From assembly GCF_000150275.1 (NCBI RefSeq), contig NW_002060966.1, positions 405,922-469,921 on the forward strand: a DNA stretch of 64,000 bases. The letters run 5' to 3'. This DNA is from Trichoplax adhaerens (lineage: Eukaryota; Animalia; Placozoa). Positions 11,098 through 24,000 of this stretch are shown here, piece after piece. The notes under the pieces are model-generated. The model ran no database searches and had not been told where the DNA came from. It worked only from the letters and a program-made list of their open reading frames with translations. Position 1 is the stretch's first letter; each line of letters starts with the position of its first letter. Made by a program: the position numbers and the translations under genes.

Positions 11098-13774
11098 ATC
11101 TATATATATACCGGTAAAGTTGTGATAAATGTATTCATTTCCAAGCATAGTTCTGCCTTGATTTTACTAGTAACATAATACTACCATCAATTGCTAAATT
11201 ACTTTATAGATTGATAATTTTTTAGGTAACGTTATTCTCCCTGACTAACTAAACTGAATCCTTCGATAGATACAAATACCATAATATCTGCTTGAATTGG
11301 CTATTTTACTTCAATTTTTCAATAATAGTATTAAAAAAGATGACAAGGTGGAAGATCAACTCTGATAACTGATTAGCCAATTTGATGAATCTTTATTGTT
11401 TAAGCTAATTAGTCAACAACTTTCACTGTTAATATTTCAATATCTTGTAAATTTTAACTTTTTACTCTTGGTCAAGTATTTTCATATTCCATAACACAGA
11501 TTTCAGCATTACCTCCCAAACTTATATTTTCATAAAACGACAATAAAATAGCAACGCTGTTATAATACATGTCTCGTTGCTTATGCTTATAGTCATAGCT
11601 TTAAAATTAAATCATTGTCATCTTTACTCATGCAAAATGTTCTACATTGTTTTATTTCTGGCTATACCAATATTAGAATATAATATAGCCGGCAAATGAC
11701 TTAATGATGGGTGAAATATTTATCTTGAGGATATTATCCTCATTTGTTTTAGTTGAATTAAACAGATAAAAGCTCAGCACGCCTTGAATCTTGCTTAAAT
11801 TACGATTATGCCATTATTAAATTAATTAAAAATAGTCAGATTGATGGAATAATTGTTTCAAAATAAATAGATGATGTCATTTAGGTATAACTGCCATGAT
11901 GTTATGCTTTAGATGTCTCTCTATGTGATATGATATGAAACTGTTTGTAATCGGGTGACCATTCCTTTTGAAATCCTTTTAAAGTAGAAGAATTTAAAGT
12001 AGACTCCTTTAGACAGATTATTGCTGTGGATTCGTTATTATTTCTTCTTAATATCGTAAACAGTAATTACCTTATGTATCGGGTACCTTAATCATATCCT
12101 ACACACCGTTGTTCGAACTTGCTTTAATAACCCTTGCAATTTACTATACCGTTACTACTTGTTTATTTACTTGCAGTCTTGTAATTTTGAATAATCTTGT
12201 CGTAATGTTAATGTCTTTGATATTCGATGCATTTGTTGAAAACGATTCATTTTTTCTTACATAAGCGTAAATGTAACTTATAAGGCTAATCGATTCTGGA
12301 TGTAATTCTTGATGCTAGTCTGTTTGATCAAATACAGTGCTAATAAATTGCTATTATAAAAAGCATAGGCAGGGATTAATAAATCGGTTTTTAGCCTTTA
12401 AAAGACCCATATGAACTCGCTAATACATAAAGCATTGGTAGAAATTAATAGAAATAAGCAACTAATGAACAGATTTATATGATACAAATCAAGTAAATAT
12501 GTCAGGTATGGAAGTGTAGCGGGATGATTAGAGGAAGCTGTAGAGAATTTTGCTTATAAATAGGAGCAATCATAGCCACATGTTGATTCTTTTGAAATAG
12601 TAGAATAAAGTGATATACGTGGGATAGTCATATTCTAAGATAGTTTTTAATTTCAGCTTATTATAGAATCGTCATAATTGAAGTTGTAGATTACTGCAGA
12701 ATCTAATATGTTTGCTGGAACTAGTGCATATTTTAAAAAACTCTAAGCATTTTGGATTATAATTGTGGCGTTAAATCAGTTATGACTATCGAGAAGAATT
12801 GTAATATGATTAGTATAAAGACAAATGCAGATTGTAAGCTTTAGATTAGTGAGAGACTAATGCAGATTGTAAGATGGTCATAGCCATAGATTCCGTGGCA
12901 TTAACCCAGCTATGCTTATGGAAATGAACTATCCTATGATTAGCATTTCGCCAATAGATGTGAATCCAGTTGGACATGCATACTAGCATATGATAGAATT
13001 TAGATTTGCTTATTTTATTGGGTTGCTACAATGAGCTTAATGATCATGCGTCCATGTATAGCATTTGACTATAGCCAAAGTATGAAATCAGCTCATAGCA
13101 ACTACGATATTTGAACGTCATAAATGAGAAGGACTAGCTTATAGGATGATTATGCTCCATAAGCTTGCCAATATCCAATAAATTAGCGTCCATCTCTTGC
13201 TATACCTTGAATATAATTCAATTACATTGACTAGGTCAAGGACTATTTACGATACCCATCTAGAGCAATATCTTAAGCTAAATCTTGAATATTTTTATTC
13301 TTCAGCAGCGGATATAATCTCAACTTACATCAATGTAATCGAATTTTATCACTGATAGGATGATGCAGAAACTACATCTACTAAACTCAAATATGTACAG
13401 TTTAATCGTAATATTGTCGATCAGGGAATGATGGCACCGACATATTTTCCAATGAGCTGCATTCGCACATCAAGCCATACGTATAATCTACGCCAGCTAG
13501 CTAACTGATTGTGGCTCTAGAGGTTCTCTATCGAATACCAATAAATTTTCAATGCATCTCTAGTGATGCTCTATGAAAGTGGATAGCCTGATGATGACCC
13601 TCTATCTACGGGTCCGGTCTATAGATTCTCCGTGTATTCTCTAACGATTCTCTATCGATCGATTAGCTGTAGATGCTACTTACGATTTCTGACGATCCTC
13701 TATCTATCTGGAATATAGGTATACGCATAGATCCTCTATGTTTTGGACTATATAGTTTTAATCCATTGATCCTT

Positions 13775-14100
13775 GATGTATTCCCTTGATACCTTTCTCG
13801 ATGTATTCCCTAGAGACCTTTGTCGATGTATTCCCTTGGGATCTCTCTCGATGTATTCCCTAGAGACCTTTCTCGATGTATTCCCTTGGGATCTCTCTCG
13901 ATGTATTTCCTTAAAAGATCTGACTCGATGTATTCCCTAGAGACCTTCTCGATGTATTCCCTTGGGATCTCTCTCGATGTATTCCCTAAAGATCTGACTC
14001 GATGTATTCCCTAGAGACCTTTCTCGATGTATTCCCTTGGGATCTCTCTTCATGTATTCCCTAGAGACGTTTCTCGATGTCATCCCTGAAAGATATTCCA
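13775..14100. repeat. 25-bp minisatellite, about 13 units, with higher-order AB/ABC organisation
   Basis: Core GATGTATTCCCT followed by variants A=AGAGACCTTTCTC, B=TGGGATCTCTCTC, C=AAAGATCTGACTC. Order: A' A B A B C A B C A B A and a degenerate unit. Confidence 0.95.
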
Positions 14101-14780
14101 TCCATTCTCTAAATATTTCGTGCGTTACTTATCCAGCCTATTTTCAAGCTACCATATGATATACCAGTTACAAAATGTGTATGGTACCCTATATCCTATT
14201 CGCTTTTGGACTCAGTTTCTGCCAAAATTCAGTAATATATCGCTTCCGAGCTATCTTGAGCAAGAGATGCTAGAGGACTAGCAATGATATTACCAAGCTC
14301 TGTCTACGCCACAGGTAAACTGCAGAGCTGACTACTTGTGCCCCATTTATTCCACAAATGAATATCATCGTATTCCTTTAGATAGTCTCGAAGATGGTTC
14401 TTGGTGTTATGGTATACTTTAGGTCTACTCTACAGCTAGAAAAAAATTCCCATCTAGCTGAACATAGACAACATATAGCAGGAATATTTTCAATATTAGC
14501 TCAGAATTGAAGGCAAAGAGCTATCATGGAGCATCTTGAGCATCTTGCAGCCTCCACCCACTTTCTGCAAATAAATTCATAAACAGCGAAAGAATGACAT
14601 CATCCTTGATGGGTTTGCATAAATTAACGAATTGATAGCTGGATTGTAGCTCATGATCTATTCCTATGTCGATATAGAACTCTAGAAAGCAGCTAATCCA
14701 AGGCAGTTTAGTATATAAGAATAATTTTGGACTAGGTCCACTGCTACGATTATAAGAAGGATAGGTTGTTACTTCTTGGT

Positions 14781-14817
14781 AGTATACATACACGATCATT
14801 GATCGTGTATGTATACT
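14781..14817. promoter_or_regulatory. Perfect inverted repeat (18-bp arms, 1-nt spacer) about 270 bp upstream of the PARP4-A ATG
   Basis: AGTATACATACACGATCA-T-TGATCGTGTATGTATACT; the arms are exact reverse complements. A regulatory role is inference. Confidence 0.6.
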
Positions 14818-15086
14818 TTACTATGGATCTAATCAACGCTCCCAGCGCTTTTCCCAAGACTTGATTGTGCAATGTTATTGATTCTGGATAAGAATAACTA
14901 TGATACTCAAACATGTCTTTCATAGCCTTGCTTTACTATTAGAACCATCGCCATCCTTTGCGATGTTTTTATTCGTTATTCGCTAATGTTATCCTTTACC
15001 TTCCTCTCTTCTGGCATCCATCTTGATCTGGCTAATTTGGGCTATTACTTTAGGATTATTGCTTCCAACTCTATTCATTTCATTCC

Positions 15087-18000
15087 ATGGGCATCTTTAC
15101 CAATTCTATCTTTACATTACAGCTAAGTTCTACCGTTCATTTCAAGCGAAAGCAAGAAATTCGCCATCAAATTATCACTCATGATGGCACCATTTCTTAC
15201 ATGTTTAATCGAAAGGTAATTAGCACAATTTGGATCATTTTTTCAATCGATAGTGTGGCCAAGAACCGTAGGAATGATGTTGTTGGGTATTGGATAGACA
15301 TGGTCTAGTAATAAGACGATGAGAATCGATATTTAGCGATTGTAAAGATAGCTTTCGATCACATGATTGTTCTAAATCGATGGAATAGCGATCAGAGCTA
15401 TTGATGTTGATTGGGTGTAGTAAGATGGATATAAGCGATTCGTTCTATTAGCCTAGCAATGACGATTAATCTACCTAGCTACGTTAGTATCTGTATTTCA
15501 AGTAGCTTTCTTTATTGCAAAGATTGTCTAAACATAAATTTTGCTCATCGACCATATGATGACGATAAAGGATCATGTTTACTTTCTGTCATTATTAGCT
15601 TGCTATAGAGATGGCCATGCTAGAGTAGTTATCAAACAATTCGATAAACTACCATAATATCTGTATTTTAAGGAACTGTTGCTATTGCAAAGGTATACAG
15701 TAGTATACGTAAGCATAGTAGAAATACAAGATGAAGCAGTACTAACGGCGAACATGGCTGTTGTTTCTTGATAACAACGCCATGAAAAGTGATCATTATA
15801 CTTCCGATCGTCATGGTTTGCTATGCAGAATCGATCTTGTCAATGGCAATGTTGTAACAGCACAGTGAGGATAGGCAATCTGATTAACCGCTTTAGTGTC
15901 TATGTTATATAGATTGTAAGTAGCCTTGGTTAATTATTGTAGAGATACAGTAGTGCAGGTGTAGAACAAGCTGAATGATTAAGTAATCGTTGATTACTGC
16001 TCAATAGCACAGCGAGAAAAGAGCTAATTTACTTTCATCACCTACATTTCTACCAATGGCTATATTCTAGTAACACAGAAATAATGCCAGATTCTCTCAA
16101 TTAATTATTACTTAACCATAATGATTCGATTACAAGTGGCCTTGACTACTGCAGAAATTTTATAAATGTAGTAGAAGCCAGTATTTTTGAAACCTTCTGT
16201 GATGACTTAAAAACAATATTTCAGGCCATGGGAAAAGCACAATATCAAGCAATAACGAATTGCTGACGATATGATAATTAAAGCTCGATGCACTACGATA
16301 AAAGAGAATGCTACTTACTATACTTTTAGTACATGCACTTTTAGCCATGATTCGATGCTACTGTAGTAACACAAAAGTGCCGTCAGTTTCTATTAATTTT
16401 ATCAATTATTACTACTGTAAACTCTGCTGTGGAGATAGTAAGGGCGAATAGAAGCTAGTATTTTGTAAACATTCTGTAGTCAATCTATTTAATAAACCAT
16501 ATTCCAGGCTAAAGGTAAAAGCACAACGTAAAGTAATGACGAATTATGGACGATATGAAGATTAAGGCTCGATGGCACAGCGATGAAGGATAATACTATT
16601 CTATTTTAGGTCATCATTAGCTTATAAATGGCTCTATTTCAGTAGCCAAAAAAATAATACCAATTGCCATTGGTGACCATAGTCTGTAGATTGCAATTGG
16701 CCTTAACTACTATAAAGGGAGTGAAAGCATGGTAGAAGCAATTATTTTATCTGTTTTGAATGGAAATTAATTCTAATGGATGATTGCAGTTCCCGTAATT
16801 TGATCGAGTTGGAGCTAGATCTTTAACATTCTGTCAACAAAGGTCACATTAAATAAGGCAGCATTGGCTGATAAAGTAGCTGATCTATAACGGCTTTGCA
16901 ATCCAAGTTCACCATTGTAGAACCACTGTATAATAGGACTGCTATTCTATATATTGAATATAACTCATGTACTAGATGCTATTAAGAAGCTGCTATTCCA
17001 TCGTTAGACTGTAAATATTCAATAAGTTAGAGACATAGTGTAATCATAGTATCTTCCATTTTTAAAATCTGGACCATGTAACGCCTAGATCGATCAATCT
17101 TATGATTGATACAAGTGATCAAAAGTCGATTGAATAAAATTGTGCTTGCATTTATAGGTTAATTTCCTTGTTATGGATGAAGGACAAGATTATCGAGATA
17201 GTTATAAAGGCAGAACAGCAGATAAACTAGCTATTCCTATCGTATCGTTGGCATTTATTGATGCTTGTATCCGGCAACATAAATTAGTCGACCACCAGGA
17301 TTTCTTGCTAAGTGGCAAGCCTTCGTCTCAGTCTTTAGCGAAAGGCAAAATAGTGGGTAAGTCTTGAATGATACTTTAATTATAGATTAATGAATTGATC
17401 TTTGATATAGATAGAAATGTTCTTGACAATCTTGTTAGACGAGTGTTTTTAAAAATAATTTGATTTGATACGGTGCTAGTTTCTTTAGAGCTAATATAAA
17501 ATGTTCGTGCTACAATCTATGTTTTACTCTTTCCATTTAACTGCAATTTAGCTTTCAATTGCTCAATAATTTTAAACATTCATAAAACGAATTAATAATG
17601 CGTAAAAAGTGTGAGCTAGAATGGCTACAGTTTGTGTACGACTAGAGTTTAGGTTACTATCGTGATTGCAAGCTTTATATTAACAATATGGTACTAGACC
17701 TTAATGACGAGAATGCTCATCGTTTGGTAGAATATAATTCAAGAATTATATTTCATGTAGTAATCCACAAAACACAATGCCCATGCTTGTTGTATACTAG
17801 TATATGTTTCATACTGATAACGCTGTTGAACGATATCAAATCTTTCTTCCTTTCAGTTCAGGAGAGATATTTATGGATTGAATTAATCTTGAATAAGAGC
17901 TTGATATAATAACGATTTATCAAGAATGTAGAGCTTAGCAATTTAACATCTTTTAGGTATTAACAAACTCAATCCTTCTTAGGTATTAACCTTTTCAATT

Positions 18001-21000
18001 ATTTTTGTTTGCAATTAATACTACCAGTGCCAAGGGTTTCTATTCCGAAGAGATCCCGTTATACAGCATTTGATTTAAACAAGATCCAGTTAAGTAACTG
18101 TAAATAGAGAGGCTTAAAGTTCAATATTGAAGTTTTTAGAATACCTTGCTACTTTGTAATCTCTCAAATTAAATAACATAGTTCTAATGTTATTACTTTA
18201 CCTTACTGATTTATCCTAGTATTTTGTATTTCATGTGGATAATGACGCTCTTACCTATTAGAATGAATTTTTTTTTCATAATCTCTCCAAGCTGCATAGC
18301 TAGCATATTTCTATGTCCTTTAAATGTGCAGGGATAAAGCCTTTGGAACACATTTCATACCACAATCTCTTCCAACCGCATTTTGCAACATTTCTATCTA
18401 GACCTTGTCATATAGAATGCAAGTGTCATATTTATTAGTTTACGGTTTTTATTCAACATTATAGCAGCCAATGTAGATATTAATTGAGCTTCGAAATCTT
18501 GTACATGTTTTAAATGCCCGTATGTATTTGCAATCACCTGGCCTATACTTATACAAACGATAAATACTACTGTATTTAATAAATCTTTACTATCTTTGCA
18601 AACCTTACTTTACATTTATGAGAAGTTATTTTACCATTTATAAATGCAAATTATAAGTAATATCATGAAATTATTGCTCGATAAAAAATGACCGTACTAG
18701 AACTAAACTGCCATTTTACAGTAAAGACATTTTCGTTATCAACATTCTCGTAATTGCTTCGATAATTAATGTATTAATTAGAGTATGGAATAATAACAAA
18801 CAAGGAAGTGATAAATTTGACAGCAATTATAATATAATCAAATTGAGCCTATTGCAGGTAATATTGTAATATGTAAAGTTCTTATAAATATCCCGTAAAT
18901 ACAATTCAAGGCTATATTGAAACCTCTCATTATGCATAGGATAATGGGATAAACGAAAAAGAAAGAAAATTTGCAGCTATCGAACTACATCAAGAAAGGA
19001 CTGAAAATTTATCTTTCCGTGTGTATTCACATCGAAAAATGGTCAAACAGGAAAATATTCTTAATAAAAATAATATGAAAGATAAGGATTGCAATAACAT
19101 CAGGGAATACCGATATTGCCAAGATCTTGATCAAGCTGTTCAATTATATTCATACTTGTATCATCTCTACACAAAGTCTCCACATAATTTGCAGAAATGT
19201 TGGACCACATTGCCTATAAATATTGGTTCTGATAAAGCGAATGAGGTACATTTTTTACTGAATCGATTAAACAAACTAATATCATATTTTGTGATCATAG
19301 TGTTAACGTTTGAAAATTAATAGTATAACTACAGTGAGGTTCTTCAATTTAAATTGTACAGTAGCTCTTAACGTAAGTCAATCATAGCAGTACCATATTT
19401 TGTGTTCATTGCATATATCAAGTTCTCTTCAGTTAAATTTGCAGCAGATGATGAAAATAATTTACCACATTACTGCGTCTATGATATGGATGGGCAATTG
19501 AAATCATTTTTCATCGTTGCAGGTGATGGCTGAATTCCAAGCTAATGTAACTGACCGCAGTTTATCTCAAAATGTAGCCTCGTTAATACAATGCCTATGG
19601 GTAGAAGCAGTCGGCGAGTTACAAAGTATACTCTCAACTTCTGTAAATGAACTTAAAACTACCGATCTTGCGGTTGCAGAAGGCATTTTACTCAAGTTGA
19701 AGCAGAGCGTATCTGAAAGTAACCATGATAGCGTGACTGAGCTTAACAAACAATTTTACGAATTAATTCCTCACATAGATTCTAGTGTATACATCAACTC
19801 AAGACGATTAATCAGTCAGAAGCAAGATTTGTGCCAATTAATTCATGATATGATTACTGTTAATGAAGCAAGCAATTGGCAACTCACTGGCAGCGTTAAT
19901 GCCCAATATAAGGCTCTATCGTGTGATATTCAAGAATTAAATGCAAACAGCGATGAATTTAACTCTATCAAGAATTATATCTTATCATCATTGAAGGAGT
20001 AAATCTAAATACTTTACTTGTTTGTTTGGATCTTATTAAAATTTTAATTAGCATTTGTTGAGTGATGCTGTAGAGGATCGATTTGAGATTTCTTTAAACG
20101 CTTTCCATTTTAGGAATGATTCCACCACGGTCAACATAAAATATATATATTCTGTGGCTCGTAAAGTCGAGAATAAGTTATTTACTCATGAAATGGGTAA
20201 TAAGAAACTATTATTTCATGCTAGTCAAGTAAGTTGAATTGGCTCTATCCCTATTCTTAGCCTAATCTTAATCTTGTGTCCTTTTGAATATGAATGAACT
20301 TACTCTGTTCGTAAAAATGAAATAGCCTAGGAACAAGATAGAAGACTTTTGCAATGAAATTTAAATATTTTTTAATAAATTTACTTTAGGTTAAAAATTA
20401 CGTTGGCATTTTATCAAGGTAATATTTCCAGGATAAAGTATTGGTTAATTGATAATACTGTTTAGTGCAATAAACGAATTCGGTGATGATTTATATTCTA
20501 CATCTGTATACTGTAGGGGTTTACTGTTGCCCAAAATAGTTGTAAGTGAGTATGGTGGCGAAAGATCGGATTCTGGTAATCTTGGTAGTGGAATTTACTT
20601 TGCCGATTCATGCAGGTTTGAAGAACATTATTTTGAGGCTATTACTGATATTCATTGTATTGAGGCTAATTAATATATATTATAATTCATCAGTACAAGT
20701 TTGCAATATTGCAACATCAACAAGAATAATGGCACACGAATGATGCTCGTTTGCGAAGTAGCTCTAGGAAAGAGTAAAGTAAGCAAATTTCGGTCATAAT
20801 TAGACTTTGATATCCTGATCGATTGTCGTAAATATTACGTTGCAAATGTAATATAGATTTATAGAGACCAACATTTAGAGCTTACTTCACCGCCATCAGG
20901 CTATGATAGTGTGCATGGGATTGCCAGCTCTGAAAATGACCTATCCTATTTCACGGTAAGCTTTAAAAAGAATACGAATTAAATAAATTTTCATAATTTT

Positions 21001-24000
21001 AATTTTTTGTCTTGGTATGTTTTTTAGAATAACGAATACGTCATCTACAACTCAAAGCAACAAAAGCTTAGGTTTGTGATCTCATGATGGTAACTTATGT
21101 ATATCCAAAAAGGAATTAATATCATGTACGCTTTGCAGGTATTTAATAGAATTTTCATTATCGAAAGACCCTACGAAGAAAATCAAATCGACTACAGGCC
21201 TAACTGGACATGAATTTATACCATCACCTTTATTTCTTAATGGGTCAGGTAAAGTCAATTCTTGGGTACTTCACTATTCTCTTTTATTTCATATTCCTGA
21301 TAGTTATTTGACAATATGTATTGTTCTATTCAAGCAGTCCAAATTGACGTAAATGAGTTGCAAAATAATCAGTTGAATAAGCTCACCGAAGCTGGATTAA
21401 AGACAAGTAACAGTGAAACACTTCCACTGACTGACGTTCATTTTAGAGTGAAATTATTAGACTTAGCTTCTGAGGTTTGAGCGATTGTAATGTAATTGTA
21501 CAATATAAATAAGTAGATTTTTGATATATTCCAGTTGTATAGCGACATATTATATCAATATTAGCAAATGTATTAATTGTATAATACAGGTTACATTGTA
21601 ATCAAGTACAGTATGAACTGAATTTATATTCAATGTTTGAATGGAGAATATGTCATGGATTACAACATTAGGTTGTGGTTTTGCAACGCTATTATAATAA
21701 TTCGAATAACTCTATTGAAGCAAAGTACGTTTTCCCATTGGATGAAAGAGCTGCAGGTAATAGGGTGAATAAGAGTTTAATATTTTAGTCATAGTGTATG
21801 AAATCCTGATTCTTTTTTCTGTAGTTTGTGGCTTTGAAGCATTTATCAATAACAAGCACATTGTTGGTCAAGTTAAAGAAAAGGAACGTGCGCATAAAGA
21901 ATACAAAGAGGCTGTCAGCCGAGGCGATGGAGCTTATCTTATGGATGAAGATTCTCCTGTACGTAAATAGTATATTTTTGATAACTGTTTGGCAATGTAC
22001 GATTTTAGGGATTGCTGTACAATTCGAGCTCTGTATTCTAGAAGTCGTTGTAAAAGATGATCTAATTACTTATCTATATGTAACAGGACGTTTTTACCGT
22101 TAGCGTTGGCAACCTTCCTGCGAAAGCAAATGTTGTTATTAAGATTACATACGTAACCGAATTAGCTATAGAAGATGAATACTTAGATTTCTTTTTACCC
22201 TCTAATCTGGCTCCATGGAAGACCGGAGCTGCTCTCTCTAACAAGACACAAGTAACGTCCTATTCAGAAACCTTCATCCTTTTTTAAATCTTCAAATGTG
22301 TTTAATGAAAATCGTATCCACTAATCAATTTCATGGCTTACTAGGATACAGTCGGTGTCGTCAAGATTGATGAGGCTAAAGCAATGTGAGAAATTCTGTT
22401 GTTATTTTGAGTAATAATACTATAATTATTTGCAAACAAATTGCCCTAGTACGATTACGACAAATATCATTTTCTACATGTAAACCGAAAATTACTTGGC
22501 TAATTGTTCTCGTTTCATCTGTCATCTATTGATTAACTAAAGCGATGCATCAATACAAGTTAGCGTCGAAATGCCATTTGAAATTAGGGCCATCATGTCG
22601 CCAACGCATAATATCAAGCAAAAGGTAAGAATCGAAAGCTTTGGATAAGATTTTTCATGTTACTTTCTAAAAGCATTTGAAAATAACATTATTTGACAGT
22701 GCACTGCCACCAGAGCTGTTGTCGATACAGGAAAAATAACGTCGTTCGATAAAGGCTTTCGATTGCTCATTCGATTAGCTGAAATACACGTTCCTAGGAT
22801 GTGGGCTGAAACTCATCCAGAAAAGGGCAGCCAGGTTAGTATTTAAGGACGATGAAATACGGATATATATTGCTACTCTAACTATACTGCATTTATAATT
22901 TCATAACTATACTACTCGTTAACTATAAATTGTAGGCCTGCATGCTAACATTCTATCCAGAATTTGAAACTGTGGAAACGAAAGAGCCGGAAATTATTTT
23001 AGTTCTTGATATGTCTAATTCAATGAAGGTCTCATTATCTGATATATCTTGGATTTACATAATCGGCATCTACACTCGTAAATTTGCGTTAGACTTGGCG
23101 TCATTCCAGACCCGGCATAATTTAAAATGGAATAACATTTTCTATCTTGAAAGGATTGCTTGCTTGATGTGAAAAAATTGGCATTATTGCTATTGAATAA
23201 CTTACCATCAAATTGTCTATTTAATATTGCTGTATTTGGAACCTGTAAGCAATATAATTTATAAATTCTTTATACGGATTTGATGCATCATATCGATTTG
23301 AACAATTTTTATCGTCAAAAGCGCACAATGAACTTTTTCCTTGTAGCCAACAAGTTGCAAAGGACACTATCAATATTGCGCAGCAATTCATCATGGTAAG
23401 TTGAAGCAGATACTGCTGTTGTAATACTGCAGTTACTATACTTTTATATCAGTTAACGAATAATCTATATATCGCTTCAAAATATGAAGCTATCATCACT
23501 AACGTATCTGTCATTAATTTCCTAGACATTATCAGCTACATGGGGAGATAGCCAGTTCTTTAATATTTTAGATAATTATCATCACATTGCGAAAGGATTA
23601 AAGTCCAACGGAGCTTATAATTTGTTTGTAATATCAGATGGTCACTTTCCCGCTGAAAACTCAATTATTGACATCACCAGAAAAGAAATTAATTGTTTGA
23701 GAATATTTACATTTTCAATCGGGTTTGTGGTTCTCTACTCTTGAAAAGTTAATGCTAATCGTTTTGTATTTATGTTGGTTAATGTTAGGTATAAGATATT
23801 GCTTTTATGCAAGTTCGATACTTTTTTAATTCTTTAATTCTTTACCGTTTGATTATTATAATTTTGACTATGCAGGAATGTATGCAATCGTTACTTTATG
23901 CGATTACTTGCAAAAGTTGGGGCTGGTTACCATGAGCATTTTGATAGCAATTTAAAATCGAAATGGAATAGCAAGGTCGGTTGTTGTGTATCCATTATTT

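Noticed and set aside
13775-14100. CRISPR-like repeat/spacer appearance and the 64-aa ORF 13820-14014
   Set aside because: The variable parts are only about 13 bp and recur as three variants rather than unique spacers; there are no cas genes and the context is eukaryotic. The ORF is simply the translated repeat.
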